Source: Zygnema circumcarinatum SAG 698-1b
Taxonomy: Eukaryota; Plantae; Zygnematophyceae
DNA length: 64,000 nt
Direction: 5' to 3'
Assembly (NCBI GenBank): GCA_037447605.1
Contig: CM074812.1
Coordinates: 1,798,001-1,862,000 of the forward strand
Part shown: piece after piece, positions 11,658 to 23,645 of the stretch
Position numbering within the stretch: position 1 is the first letter of the stretch
Layout: each line of letters opens with the position of its first letter
The notes under the pieces: generated by a model
What the model was told of the DNA's origin: nothing
What the model saw: only the letters and a program-made list of their open reading frames with translations
Database searches by the model: none
Translations under genes and position numbers: made by a program

Positions 11658-14600
11658 ATGGCTGCGCTCCCGCACCAACTGCTTGGGCCGCTGCTGCCGT
11701 CGTTGCCAATGAAAGGTAAGCAGCTTTTAGGGCTCCTCTTGGTTAAAAGAGGGGGTCGGATGGCACGTTTTGTTTGCAAGGAAAGCAGAGGTATTGACTC
11801 CTTGATCGTGAGCATGCTGGCTAGGTCTGGCTTCTCTAACTAGATTCCACTTGCACCAGAAGTCACTGAGGATAAGTTGGAGGAATGAAATTCGAGAGGC
11901 CTGCCAGTGTTAAAGGAATTCAGTGTTCAATGGTAAGCAGATTCAGTGCGTTTCCTCAGAAGCGGAAACTCATCAGCATATTTTAGGGCATGGCAGGAGG
12001 GGCATATCGAAAAAATTATGTCGTCCGGGCAACTGCTGTTACGCCTCTGACTAAACCTCCTTCAATAGCTTCCGCCAATATACCCCTTCTTTCTGCCGCT
12101 GAGGTGAGCCTGATCAGAACAGCTAAGCTTGTAGCATTGCAATGCAAGCAATGCTTTTCTACTTCCTTCAGTTTAAACCCTTGTAAAGATTGAACTCAGA
12201 TTGGTATGGGCCGCTCTTCAAAAGGTGAAGTACACCAATATATAAAATGAAAAGGATGATTTCGTTGTCAGTAGTAGTAGTCAGAGTTCATTTACAATGT
12301 TAGATGTGCAGGTGTATGAAAGGATGGCCTCCCAAAGACATAGCAACATGGTGAATTACCACGCCATGTACTCCAGCGTAGTGGGAGGGATCACGAAAGA
12401 GCCGGCAGCCATGGTGGTCCCTCTGGATGACCATATGGTTCACAGGGGCCATGGCGTGTTCGACACGGCACTCGTGTGGGAGGGGTGAGTAGAATTTCTC
12501 ATTTGCTTTCACATGCAATGTCTCTCCGTTATGTGCCTTTTGTCCAACCATGGAGCAAGCTCAATTTGTGGTCCTTTCACTTCTTACGGGCAAGCAGGCA
12601 CATGTACGAGTTGGAGCCTCACCTCGACCGATTTTTGCGGTCTGCAGCCAAAGCAAAAATTCCTCTTCCGTGCACCCGAGACGATCTTCGAGTCATCATC
12701 CTTGAGACAGCGGCAGGTAGAGTTGCTTCTGGAATTGACAACCTACAGAAGTAAGGAATGAATTGGAATGAAGAATCTCTCAATCAATTGTGAGACAATC
12801 TCTTTGGAGAGCCCCCCTGCAACTTGTGAAATGCTGAGAGGGTTGAGGGGGTTGAGGGTTGAGGGTTCTGCATGCAGTGAGTGGCATGCGGAGGGGTCAC
12901 ATGCGCTATTGGCTGTCAGTCGGACCGGGGGGGTTCAGCCTCTCTACCAAAGAGTGAGGCCACGTGGCTTCCATGCTGCCATCTCCTAGGTTGACTGCTC
13001 CTCCTCAACCCTAAAACCCTTATCATGGACCCTGAATGTTGTTTTCCCAAACAAAATGCCATCACCACAACTATGTCATGAAGAGATGATGTTCTGCATG
13101 CGGCTGAAGATAGGTTTCAGCGTATTCTAGCTTCTGTACGACTTTGCTGAACTTAAACTCGGGACGTAATTCATGTATCTAAGGACTGAAGAACAGCTGG
13201 CTATGTGTGTAGGTGTCAGCAGTCCACATTCTATGTGATGGCGATTGGCGGCAAAACTCTGGGACAGCCTACAGAGGGGGTCAAAGTGGTGAGCCCACAA
13301 AAACAGTGTCCTGGCAACTACATTGTGGTCCTTATCATGGATCGTCTTGGCTTCTAGAGGGTATTTGAGGTATTCACGGTTCTACGCTGTGACTGCATTG
13401 GATGCATGCAGGTCACCTCAAAAGTATCCATCAAGCCTCCTGAATTTGCGACACAAAAGAGTGTCAACTACTTGCCTAATGCGATGGTCCTCTGGGAAGC
13501 GGAGCAGGTTGGCTGCTTCTCTCTTTCTTCATTCTCCCAACTTCCTCTCTCTCTCTCTCTCCCTCCTCGGCCTCCACTGCCCTTTCCTCCTCCTCTCTCT
13601 CCCGCCTTTCCTGGCTCTCTTTTGCTCTCTCTCTCTCTCTTTGTCTTTTACCTGACAAGAAGGGCGCATTTGGCCTTCATGCATGCATGCAGGAGGGAGC
13701 CGCTGCGGGCATATGGTTGGACCAGAGCGGGTTCATTGGAGAGGGGCAAAGCATGAACTGTGCAGTGAGCTGCAGTTCCCTTTTTCTTGCCTCCGTTCTT
13801 AACCTAAGAAGTGATCTCAAAAGCGTGAAGTTACTCCTGCACCTGCTCGCTTCGTCTATATGTGACTTCAGTCTCTTTGAATGTTCGGATAAGCCGCGCT
13901 TAGACTCTTATAGATTTCCCTTTATGGTCATTTTTCGATTATGAATTGGGGATCCATGTTCTTCCTAGGCTCTGTCACTTACACTGTTATTATCTAAATT
14001 GTATTCATTCTCATGGGGATGAATGCGTTGGGTGCAGTTTGTGAACAAGGAGAGAGTGCTTTTGGTGCCACAATTCGATACGGTCAGTCTCCCATTCTCC
14101 ATCACCCTCTCGTGCTTTTCCCTTCACTTAGACTCTTCCATGTCCCTTTCTTCTTTCCTCCCTCTCTTTCAAAACGTTCAACGAGTGGCTTGCATGTCGC
14201 TTCTAGCTCATTGCTTTTGCAAGTATGTAGCCGTGAGAAAGGCCAGACTCACAACCCTGAAGTCCTTACACACCCTGAAAGAAAAGTTTCCTCCTGCGCA
14301 GATCCTGGCTGGGTGCACCATGCAGCGAGTGGTGCAGCTAGCACAGCAGCTGGTGGCAGCCAATGGCAGTGCGCCAGCTGGCAGCTCGGGGCTGGCTGGC
14401 GTGCAGGTGCGACGCGTGGCAGAGGAGGAGGCACGTGGCGCCACGGAGATGATGCTCTGCGGCAGCGGCGTCATGGTGGAGCCTGTCACGTCATGGGATG
14501 GCTGCGCCATCGGAGACGGTACTGGCATGCATCCCCATGATGGGTCATGATGGGTCATGGGGGAGGCTTTGGGTATGCGCACATCTGATGAGTATCTTCT

Positions 14601-14725
14601 GCATGGGCTGCGGGGGGTCCTGTGCAGGTCGGCCTGGCCCGGTCGCTCTGGCCCTGCGCGCGCTGCTGGAGGCTGACTTGGAGCACGCGCCGCCGCCCCT
14701 CCGCGTGCCCATAGCGTACCGCTGA
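11658..14725 (+). CDS. DAAT: Class IV PLP aminotransferase: plastid D-amino-acid transaminase / 4-amino-4-deoxychorismate lyase
   Basis: Exons: YHAMYSSVVGGITKEPAAMVVPLDDHMVHRGHGVFDTA, LEPHLDRFLRSA, FATQKSVNYLPNA (PLP Lys), GFIGEGQSMN, ILAGCTMQR and GRPGPVALALRALL...PIAYR*. It begins with a transit-peptide-like N-terminus. Confidence 0.9.
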
Positions 14726-16080
14726 GGACCTAGGAGGCTTTACTTTGGGGCTTTGCTTCAGGTGATAGGGGTATTGGAAGGGGGGGGGGGTACCCGAATA
14801 GCCGACGTTGGATAGCACCGCGACATGCTTTGTTTTGGTTAATGTTATGCTGTACAGTCATGTTATGGGTACCTTTTTGGCCGAGTACTGAATGGGAGGG
14901 TAAACCGTCATGGCACAACGTCTGTTTAGCTGAGTTGATCTGTTGGGGGACACTTTTCAGCTGTCCGGCAGAGCCTTGCGCACCGCCAGTGGAATGAATC
15001 ATACCAACCCATAGTTGGTCGTCACTTGTTGCGACATGCTTTGATTGTTTAGACTGCCGGATCTGCCAGCGACGTGCCCAATGAAACCCAATGAATAGAC
15101 CCTTCAACCCTCAACCCTAAACCCTTGACCCCTAAACCCACCCTTGGGCTATCTTCCCTTGGTGTCTTGCGACACATCAAGGGATTCGCAAATTTGAACG
15201 AAGCACCCACTCATTATACATAGTGCCTGCTGAGCGGCTGTAGCACCATACCATGTCGATGGGTCATGCCCATACCCGAGGCTCCCACAAGAATCATCGA
15301 AAGACATCAGCATGGCCATGAGCCGATGAGCACATGATGGTCATGGTCATCAGCATGTCGTGCCAGCCACCACCCATACATCCATCCAAATCCATGCATC
15401 CATGCATGCATCCATCCAAATCCATGCATCCATGCATGCATCCGTGCATGCCACTTGCACCGATCCCCGGCCGCGGTCGGAACCGCCCCTTGGCGCTGAC
15501 GCGGTGGCTCCCCCGCGCGTCCTCGGGACGTGCTATCTCAACTGTCCATTGCACGCTTTAACGAATCGGACGGTCCCAGATTCCTCTTTCGTACGATCTC
15601 CCCATGTCGGTGCTCTGTCACGTGGCAAGTAGCTGCCACTCGCGCACGTCGCGACGGTGCCCACCGCCGCTGCCTTCATGGGTCCGAGCAGCTCCTGCAC
15701 ACGTGGCATCTGCCCATCCTGACACGTAGCTTCCACATGTGAGCCCTCACGCTCATTGGCCCTGATACCCGCAAGTTCCGGCAATTTGATCTGCGGCCGG
15801 ATCGCGCGCTTGGCCGCCCTGCCCGCGGCCCCGCCATCCGGAGGCGGTTCCATCTGGGGGCGGTAGCATGCTGACCGTACAATGTACTGACGGGTCAGGA
15901 TGCGCCGTATGATCGCCGGTATTCGTACGGTCAATAGTACCCGTTGTACGGTTTGGAACCGGAAAGTACCGTCGGGTACGGTACCGTATGGTACGAATGA
16001 GCCTGCCCCGGTCCGCCCTCCCCCGGGCCCGTCCAGCCGTTCCTTGCTACTGGTGGCTTCGCCCTTGCAAGCTTTTAGCT

Positions 16081-16419
16081 ATGGCTGCCGCTGCTGCTGC
16101 TGCTCCTGTTGCTGCTGCTGCTACTGCTGCTGCTGCTGCTGCTGTGGTGGTGATGGTGGCTCCGTCAGGCGTAGGGGGACAGGCATAGCCTTGTAGGGCA
16201 TCTTTTTGTTAGTATTGGCGCTGGTGCCTCGGGGGGAACGGGTTAGGGGATGAAGTTGGCTGGAGGGCGCTGCAGAGCGTTCAGGGGGTGGTAGGGCTGG
16301 AGGGCTGCTTGCAGGAGGCGAGAGGAGGGAGGGCTTGGATAATGGAGGGGGATCGAAGGGGAGAATAACGCGGGAGAGAAGATGATTTGAAGGGAGGGGT
16401 TCGAGAGATGAAAGTTTGA
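16081..16419 (+). promoter_or_regulatory. Cluster of five upstream ORFs in front of the type-B response regulator, including a poly-Ala uORF from a CTG repeat
   Basis: ATGs at 16081 (35 aa, to 16188), 16250 (14 aa), 16342 (8 aa), 16382 (2 aa) and 16408 (3 aa). All terminate before the main ATG at 16445. Confidence 0.5.
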
Positions 16420-16444
16420 GGTTTTGGTGTAGTGGAATAGAGGC

Positions 16445-18722
16445 ATGGCGCTTGTGAAGGCGTCCGCAGCAGCGGACACGTTTCCAATAGGGTTGCGTGT
16501 CCTGGTGGTGGACGATGACCCGCTCTGCTTGATGATATTGGAGAGAATGCTGCGGCAATGCTCGTATACAGGTGATTTGATTTGATTTGCTCGCCTGCTT
16601 CTTCGCAGGCAATGTGAGGCTCCTCTGCAAAATGCATGTGAGGAGCGGCTTGCGCTGCGAGAGGCTGATACATTGCCCGTTTGGACGCAGTGACCACTTG
16701 CAGCCGCGCATCTATCGCGCTGTCGCTTCTGCGCGAAAACAAGGACAAGTTCGATCTCGTGATCAGCGACGTGTACATGCCCGACATGGATGGCTTCAAG
16801 CTGCTGGAGCTCATCGGTCTCGAGCTCGACTTGCCAGTCATCAGTGAGCTTTCTGCGCTTTCTCTTGTGGGAGGTTTCCTTCTCTGTGCAGAGGTGTCAG
16901 TTCAATTCTGTCTTTGTCGAATGTCTATTCTCTCTCCCTCAATGAGTGTCTGTCCATATGTCATTCGAAATAGGTATTTCTGAACCCCTGAGACCTAACC
17001 ATTGTTGTGAGTTGAATTGCTTGGGCCTGCGGCTGCGTGCTTGCAGTGATGTCTGCAAACGGTGAAACGAGTGCTGTGATGAAGGGGATCACGCATGGAG
17101 CGTGCGACTACCTGCTTAAGCCAGTGAGGATAGAGGAGCTGCGCAACATTTGGCAGCACGTGGTCCGAAAGAAAACTCGAGACACCTTTCGCGAGGAGCA
17201 CTCGGGCGAGTGGGACGAAAGTGGCAGACCGTCTCCAGTGGGAGAGCTGGAGTACAGTTCAAAGAAGCGGAAGGAGAAGGATGCTGGCATAGAGGAGCCT
17301 GTGGAGGATGCAAACAGTTTGAAAAAGGCTCGAGTTGTGTGGTCCATTGAGCTCCATCAACAGTTTGTTAACGCAGTGAACAAACTCGGAATAGATAGTA
17401 AGCCATCATCTGCTTTTAGTCTCGTCTACTTGTGTAAAGGTGTATGAGGTGAACCGAGATGCAGAAGTTTGAATGCTAGGTCCCACTGCAGTATGCAGTT
17501 GAACGCTGTAGCAACAATTCTAACTAATTTATCTGGCTGTTTGTGACGTGTTCTCTATTTTGCAGAGGCAGTACCAAAGCGGATTCTGGAGATAATGAAC
17601 GTCCAGGGTTTGACAAGAGAAAACGTTGCCAGTCATCTGCAGGTGTATATCTTGCTTGCTAACTGTTGACACGCATTTGAGATATTACCGTAGTGTCTTT
17701 GGGAGAGCATCGCAACAGATCTGCGGTCCGTTAAAATCGTTTGACTTCAAGTTTCCCGCTGCTTTCTTAACATACTGCTACTTGTTGGTTTGGGGCTTGC
17801 ATCAATGCAGAAATATCGGCTTTACTTGAAGAGATTGAGTGGGGTCAACCCGTCACCGCATCCTGTTGCTTCCTTTCAAGCTGCAGGGGAAGGAAGCAAC
17901 TTTGGAGGCACTCTGCAGATTCAGCCAGGAGGGAGAGGTTTGGGGGGTGGCAAACATGGGGCCACAAACTTGGGAGCAGGGCTGGCAGCCTCTGCGGGAA
18001 TCTCAAATGTAACTACCCTCAGCAGAAGCTCACTGGGAAACGTAGATTCCGGGACATTGGCGACTCTCGCACAGTTGCAAGCATTGCAGCAAAGGCAGAG
18101 TGCAAATTCTTCCTTAGGGCCCCTTGGCACCGGATTGGGTGGTACTAGTTCAGGAACATCAGGGCTGCTGGCGGCAACACCGTCTATTGGCCTATCGTCC
18201 TTGCAAGGACTTTCGTCATACGACCTTAACATGTTGATGCAAGCACAACAAGAGTCAGTCTCCAGACAACGGCCGCTTGGAGGGTCCTCCGATAACCTAT
18301 CGACATTGCAGAGTCTCAGCTTTCTTGGAAATGCAGGGAATGCAGGCCGTGTTTCCGGAGGCAATCTTGGGGGAGGTCCGGGTGTTGGAGCAGGGGGAGG
18401 ACTGGCACCTTCCTCCAATGGAGGAGGGAATTTGGGTGGTGGTGCTAATGTGGGCAGTGGGGGTATGGGGATGGGGAACTCTCATGGGGGAGGATCAACC
18501 TTACAGTTGGGTACAGGACCTGCTGTATCTCAGAGTGGCAGCCCTGGAACAGGACTCAATGAGGATATGCACAATTATGGGAGCTTACAACAGTCTGGGG
18601 GAGGGTTCTTAGGGCAGAGGACTGGAGGTAATCAGACGGATATGCCGTCGGCTCTCTTCAGTCAGTTGATGAACCAGCAACGGAATAGCAGGCCCAAGTT
18701 TGAGTCGCCCTTTCCCTCGTGA
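16445..18722 (+). CDS. Type-B response regulator (receiver domain, GARP/Myb-like DNA-binding domain, G/S/Q-rich tail), 5 exons
   Basis: [51 protein letters not shown] (phosphoacceptor Asp), [39 protein letters not shown]...[10 protein letters not shown]|KYRLYLKR. Confidence 0.95.
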
Positions 18723-21125
18723 CAACAAGGACGAGGAAGAGGCAACGACTAAAGGATAGATCAGAGCGCAGCTTTTTGATTGGGCTTGTTGTCGAAGGTG
18801 GAGTGATACCCGCTTCTTCATTGGAGGGTCTTATCGCTGTGCTTCAAGTATTTACATTGAATTCGATTGGTATTCTCGTCCTCTTTCCTGACAGGGCTGA
18901 GATCCAAGTTGACTAGTAGCCGTTCCCTAGCAAATAGGGTTGCTGCAGGTGTTGAATAGTTTTTGCTCCTGCCATGGAACTGTCAAGGTTTCATCTGCCC
19001 TCATTCCATCAATTTTTACAGCCGGCTGCGGAGCCTGCAATTGTTTCCAGCTGAGTCTCGCTCTGTAGCTTGTAGGCAGGTTGGTGCTGTACAGCCGCCG
19101 CGGCTGACCTGCTTTGCGGCCTCTCTATAAGGCCGGCCTGCCTGCCTGCACATGGAAAGGGCGGACCAGATTTGACCCATCCTGCAGCGCCCCTTCAGGC
19201 TCTGGGGGCCACAGTAGGGCAGTTTTGTATGACAGTTCTGTGGTGGGGCCCCATTCTTTCCCCACGACACCCTGCCATACCATGCTGAAGAAATGATCTG
19301 GGGCAGGAATAAAGAGCCGCTCCTTTTGTCATTGGCTGGATGTGAATTGAAACCGTGGTTGCGAAAGCTGATGTGGTTTCGAATGCCGGATGGAGTGTGG
19401 AGGGCGAGGCTTCTCACCGTGGGGCAGGAGTTATGCGTGCCTTTTTTTAGAGGCTGCCGGGTAAATTATCTGCTAGCATGCTCTGCGGTTTGCGCCTCTG
19501 CGGTTGAAGACTCAGAAATGCTCTAATCCGATTACCTTTCCCAACTGCCTACTTTGTTATCTTTACAAATTTTCTTTAATCAGGTATTTGTATTGGAAAA
19601 ACGAGTTCTAAGTTGGAAACACTGTGCAGCGCTGCTTTCTGCATCCATGCCGCCATTGCGTGCTGTGCTCAGTGTCGCCATGGCCCTCTCCTGATGGTCA
19701 AGGTTATGGTGATGGTTGTAGGCAACATGATGCCTGTGTCTGTTCCGTGCTCGCCTGTCATGTGCGTAAAGTCGCAGTTGCGAAGATGGCCCCCAAGGCG
19801 CAGTGATATCAGTCGCAAAGGGGGCAACACAAAACACCATGACCTCTTCATAAAACAGATGTAACTGCTTCACTGAACTGAATGTCTAAAAAGAAAAAAT
19901 ATTTCTCCCTGCAGTGATGAGCTGATGATTCTCAATTCAATCAGAGCAAGCCTAGATCCTGCTTTGCTGGGACTGAAGCTGGAGCATCCTCTGCTGTTCG
20001 GAAATTGCATCACGCGGCAGAGAGCGCTGCAGGGCCCCTCCCCAGGGACGGACCGCTCGTGCCTCGCCCTGCTGTCGGTTGCCCTTCTGCCATACTTCAC
20101 ACTCTGCCATACCTTTTCTTTCTTGATAGCGAAAAGCACGACACTGCTACCCTCCCTCCCGGCTGAGTTGCATTCCCACACGGCCTCTTTGATATGTGCT
20201 ACTACCATTCGAGTAATCTGTACAGCCGCAAGGCTTGCTTAAAACGCCCCCGCCCGCCAAGGGGTTGCAAGTCCTCCAGTGAAGGGAACACCGCCCCCTG
20301 TCCTGCCAACCATGATACAAGCCACAGCATCACCGCATTAGGACACTCGAATGAAGGGAAGCACTCTTGCACATCAAGTGTCTGTGAGCATAGGCAGTGG
20401 AGCTACAACCTGCGCACATTATATTCCGTGAAACATGAAACCAAAGACGAGGGCAAAACCATCGGGGATACAGACCCAACGTGTGACGCAAGTAAGATGA
20501 ACTTGATCTCCTCATTATAAACATAGGCTATGCAAGTAGTTTCGTGCAGACCCATCTCATCCAGAATCGCTATATCCAACCAGTGTAGCGTAAGATGCAA
20601 ATGTTAAAGATGACATATAAGCAGCCCTATCTTAAGTCCTTGGAACCTGAACTAGGTCGCTAAAGTGCATCATGTAGGTAAAGTCTCTATGCGCCTCCTA
20701 ACATATATCACCCAAATTGATAGAACATCCTGGAAATGCATATCGCTCTTCTGCCAAGTTGCCCATGACTCAAGCTTCCATTTTAATCCATAGTGTTCAG
20801 CAACAAAGCAATCATCACCATCCCAAAGTCAAGCTACGTAGGCTTACAAGCTAGGCTGCAAAGAGACCTCTGTCCCTTAGAAATGGAAAAAGAATGCAGA
20901 ATGTACATGTGAAACCTGAACAAAAACAAAAAAGGACATACGTGAACTCAGAGATTTGGTTAGGAAACTAGTCACGAGACAGTTTGAGTCAAAGAGACTC
21001 CTCCATAGCGAAAGAAAATCAACCAAGAAACAGACAGCGAGGGAGAAAGTAGACATTTTGCTTATTTGCAGTGTAAAGAAACGGAAAAGAAAGAGGGAAA
21101 AAACGATGCCTGCCATTTGGCCTTC

Positions 21126-22758
21126 TTATTCGCCCTCGGGCATCTTCTCTTCATCCATCTCAAAGGCTTTCCGAGCGCGCTTCAACTCTTCATTCATCGC
21201 CAGCAACTCCTTTACTCGAGCGAACTTTCGCGGGTCCTAAAGACAGCAAAAGTAACCCACAGACAACCAGACTCCCTCAGGCTGCGTTGTTGCTGCAGCC
21301 GTTTGTGCATAAATGTGGAGAAAGCAACAGTTTCAGAATTCCCACATGCTACTTTTGGACAAGGACTGCAAATGCAGACACATCCAAAAGCGAACTCTCT
21401 AAGGACCGATCGAGAATTTCGAGCATTACCTTGCGAATGAGGAACATTATATCTTCAACAGCCAGTTTCTGTTGGCGGGATCCAAGATCTTGGGCTCTGT
21501 GTATCTAGAGAAAGGGCCAATGTCAAGTGTTGTGAGCTGCCGGAAAATAAGTCGAACTTCAGGCAGGAAAACGGAGCACAACCCTAGTACAGACTACCTG
21601 GGCAAACTCGACCTTAACTCGACAACAACGGCAAAGGATAAAGCTAAAGCGTATGGTTATTGAAGGTCTATACAAAGACTTACAATCAAGTCAAAGTCAC
21701 TGGTGACACATTTGCTGCTTAATCTACAAACTGCAAGCCCTTTGTGCACCTCATGTGAGAGGAAGGATTTGTCGCATAGAATTAATTCACTATTTGGACA
21801 CTTTTTAAGGGGCGAAAGCAATAACGAATACAAATCTTTCTGCGCACCATATCTGTAATGTAGTCGATCACAATATCCTCCACCAGCTCAACTGTCTCGG
21901 GCAGCGGCTGCAGCACATACAGACAGAGAGACAAGGCATTTAACGTTTTGTTCTCATGTTCCGAGCAAGCTAACTAAAAAGCGACTCTGCACGTGGACGC
22001 TAATCCGAAAGAGCCAAACCAACTAACTAACTAAGCGCCAAGCGCAGTACTATAATATACTTAAAAAGAGCAACAGCAAAAAAAATACAGCCGTCAATCC
22101 CCTGTGAAAAATAAGCTCATAAATACAGGAGAAAATTGAAGTACATGGACCCCAAGAGACATAGCGTTGTGCTAATGCTCCTAAGAATTCTGAACTTGAA
22201 GCACTAAGTGCTCTGATGACCTCAAACACCTCAAATTTCCAGAAGCTAGAATCCAACCAATACCAAAAAAATCACGTAATCACTGATTTCTAGGCAAATC
22301 TCGCGACCGAGCCATGAACTGTTTAATAACGGGGCATTTAGGAGCAGTGCTGACACTCACATCAGGATCATCGCCGAAGCCATACATCATGAGCCGTACT
22401 GCGAGTGAGTTAAGGCTGAGGATCGATTGAGAGAGGAGCCGAGAACGAGCACATTCACTCAGCAGAAAGAAGAAAGAAGTTGGCGGAAAAAAAAACACCG
22501 ACGGCTCTGACTCTGCCCTACAGTAGTACATCAAATTCGCGGCTCCACGCCACCAAACGCACAGTGAATGCAGAGCTGCAGCGGACTCCCAAGTCCTCCC
22601 TGCAAAGCAAAAGCGAACTGGGGAGGAAGGAGGATACGCTCCTTCCCGAAGACCCCACGCTTGCGTTTGAGGGACGGGTCCGCGGCGGCGGGTCGGTCCG
22701 CCTTGGAGCGGCTCTTCCCGCTCGGCCCGCCCTCCGCCTCCCCCCGCCCGCCCGCCAT
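21126..22758 (-). CDS. TAF13: TFIID subunit 13, 5 exons (an upstream in-frame ATG at 22794 is possible)
   Basis: KRKRGVFGKE|LRLMMYGFGDDPD|PLPETVELVEDIVIDYITDM|IHRAQDLGSRQQKLAVEDIMFLIRK|DPRKFARVKELLAMNEELKRARKAF. This is the TAF13 histone-fold signature. Confidence 0.95.
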
Positions 22759-23337
22759 GGCGCCGCCGACCCCTACTGCCGCCGCCGTGGCCATGGCCCT
22801 CGGCCTCGGCCTGTCTCCCTCCTTCCCCCTCTCTCCCCCTCTGCGCGCCGCGAACGGACGGGCCTGCTAGCTAGCCATCGGTCGGCTCGTAGTTCGTGAC
22901 TAATGACCAAAATGACTAGTGACTCGTTAGTTAGACATCTCCGCGCGAGTCACGTCACGTCACGTGACGCACACATGCTGTACGGACGGATAGGCAGACG
23001 CTCGTGTGCGCGCATTGTGGCGGCGGCAGACAAGGGAAGACCTCGAAGACGAGGGAGGGAAGGGAGGGAGGGCCCGCCGCCAAAGGCTCTCTCCCTCTGG
23101 GGCCCGCCCTCCCTCAGGGTGTTGTTCAGGATGTTTGTGTTAGGGCTTTTAGGGCAAAACTGCTTTCAGGCTTCTTCGCACAGAGCTGGCTGCCGTTCTT
23201 TCCTTCAACTAGTGGCGCTGTCATGTGGGGTCACTTCAAGATCAAAGGCATGAAACAAAGAAAGAATATATACAAATGGGATGTGTTCTACAGTGCTCGA
23301 TTTGCGTCTCAGACTGCGAGAAGCTGATGCCTCCTGG

Positions 23338-23410
23338 CAGCATGCCATGCCCTGCCATGCCATGCCATGCCATGCCCTGCCATGCCATGCCATGCCCTGC
23401 CATGCTATGC
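23338..23410. repeat. (GCCAT)n pentanucleotide microsatellite
   Basis: Tandem CATGC/CCTGC units immediately 3' of the WDR53 stop codon. Confidence 0.85.
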
Positions 23411-23423
23411 TCCAGGAGGGGCC

Positions 23424-23608
23424 TCATAAGACGGAGTACACGGAGACGGAGGAGGAGGTATCGGCCACGAGCAGGCCGCCATGAGCCCCATCGGACGAGG
23501 CGAGCCAGTTCACCTGCTCCCTCCGCCCAACCTGCCATGGGTCAGCCCATGGGGGCACTGCATTGACCCCACCAAGGGGGAAGTGGGAAGCCTGCCACAC
23601 AAAACGTA

Positions 23609-23645
<37 letters not shown>

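Noticed and set aside
18723-21125. Hidden gene between the response regulator and TAF13
   Set aside because: Only short ORFs with no recognisable motifs or coherent exon chain. It is probably long 3' UTRs, though a lncRNA cannot be excluded.
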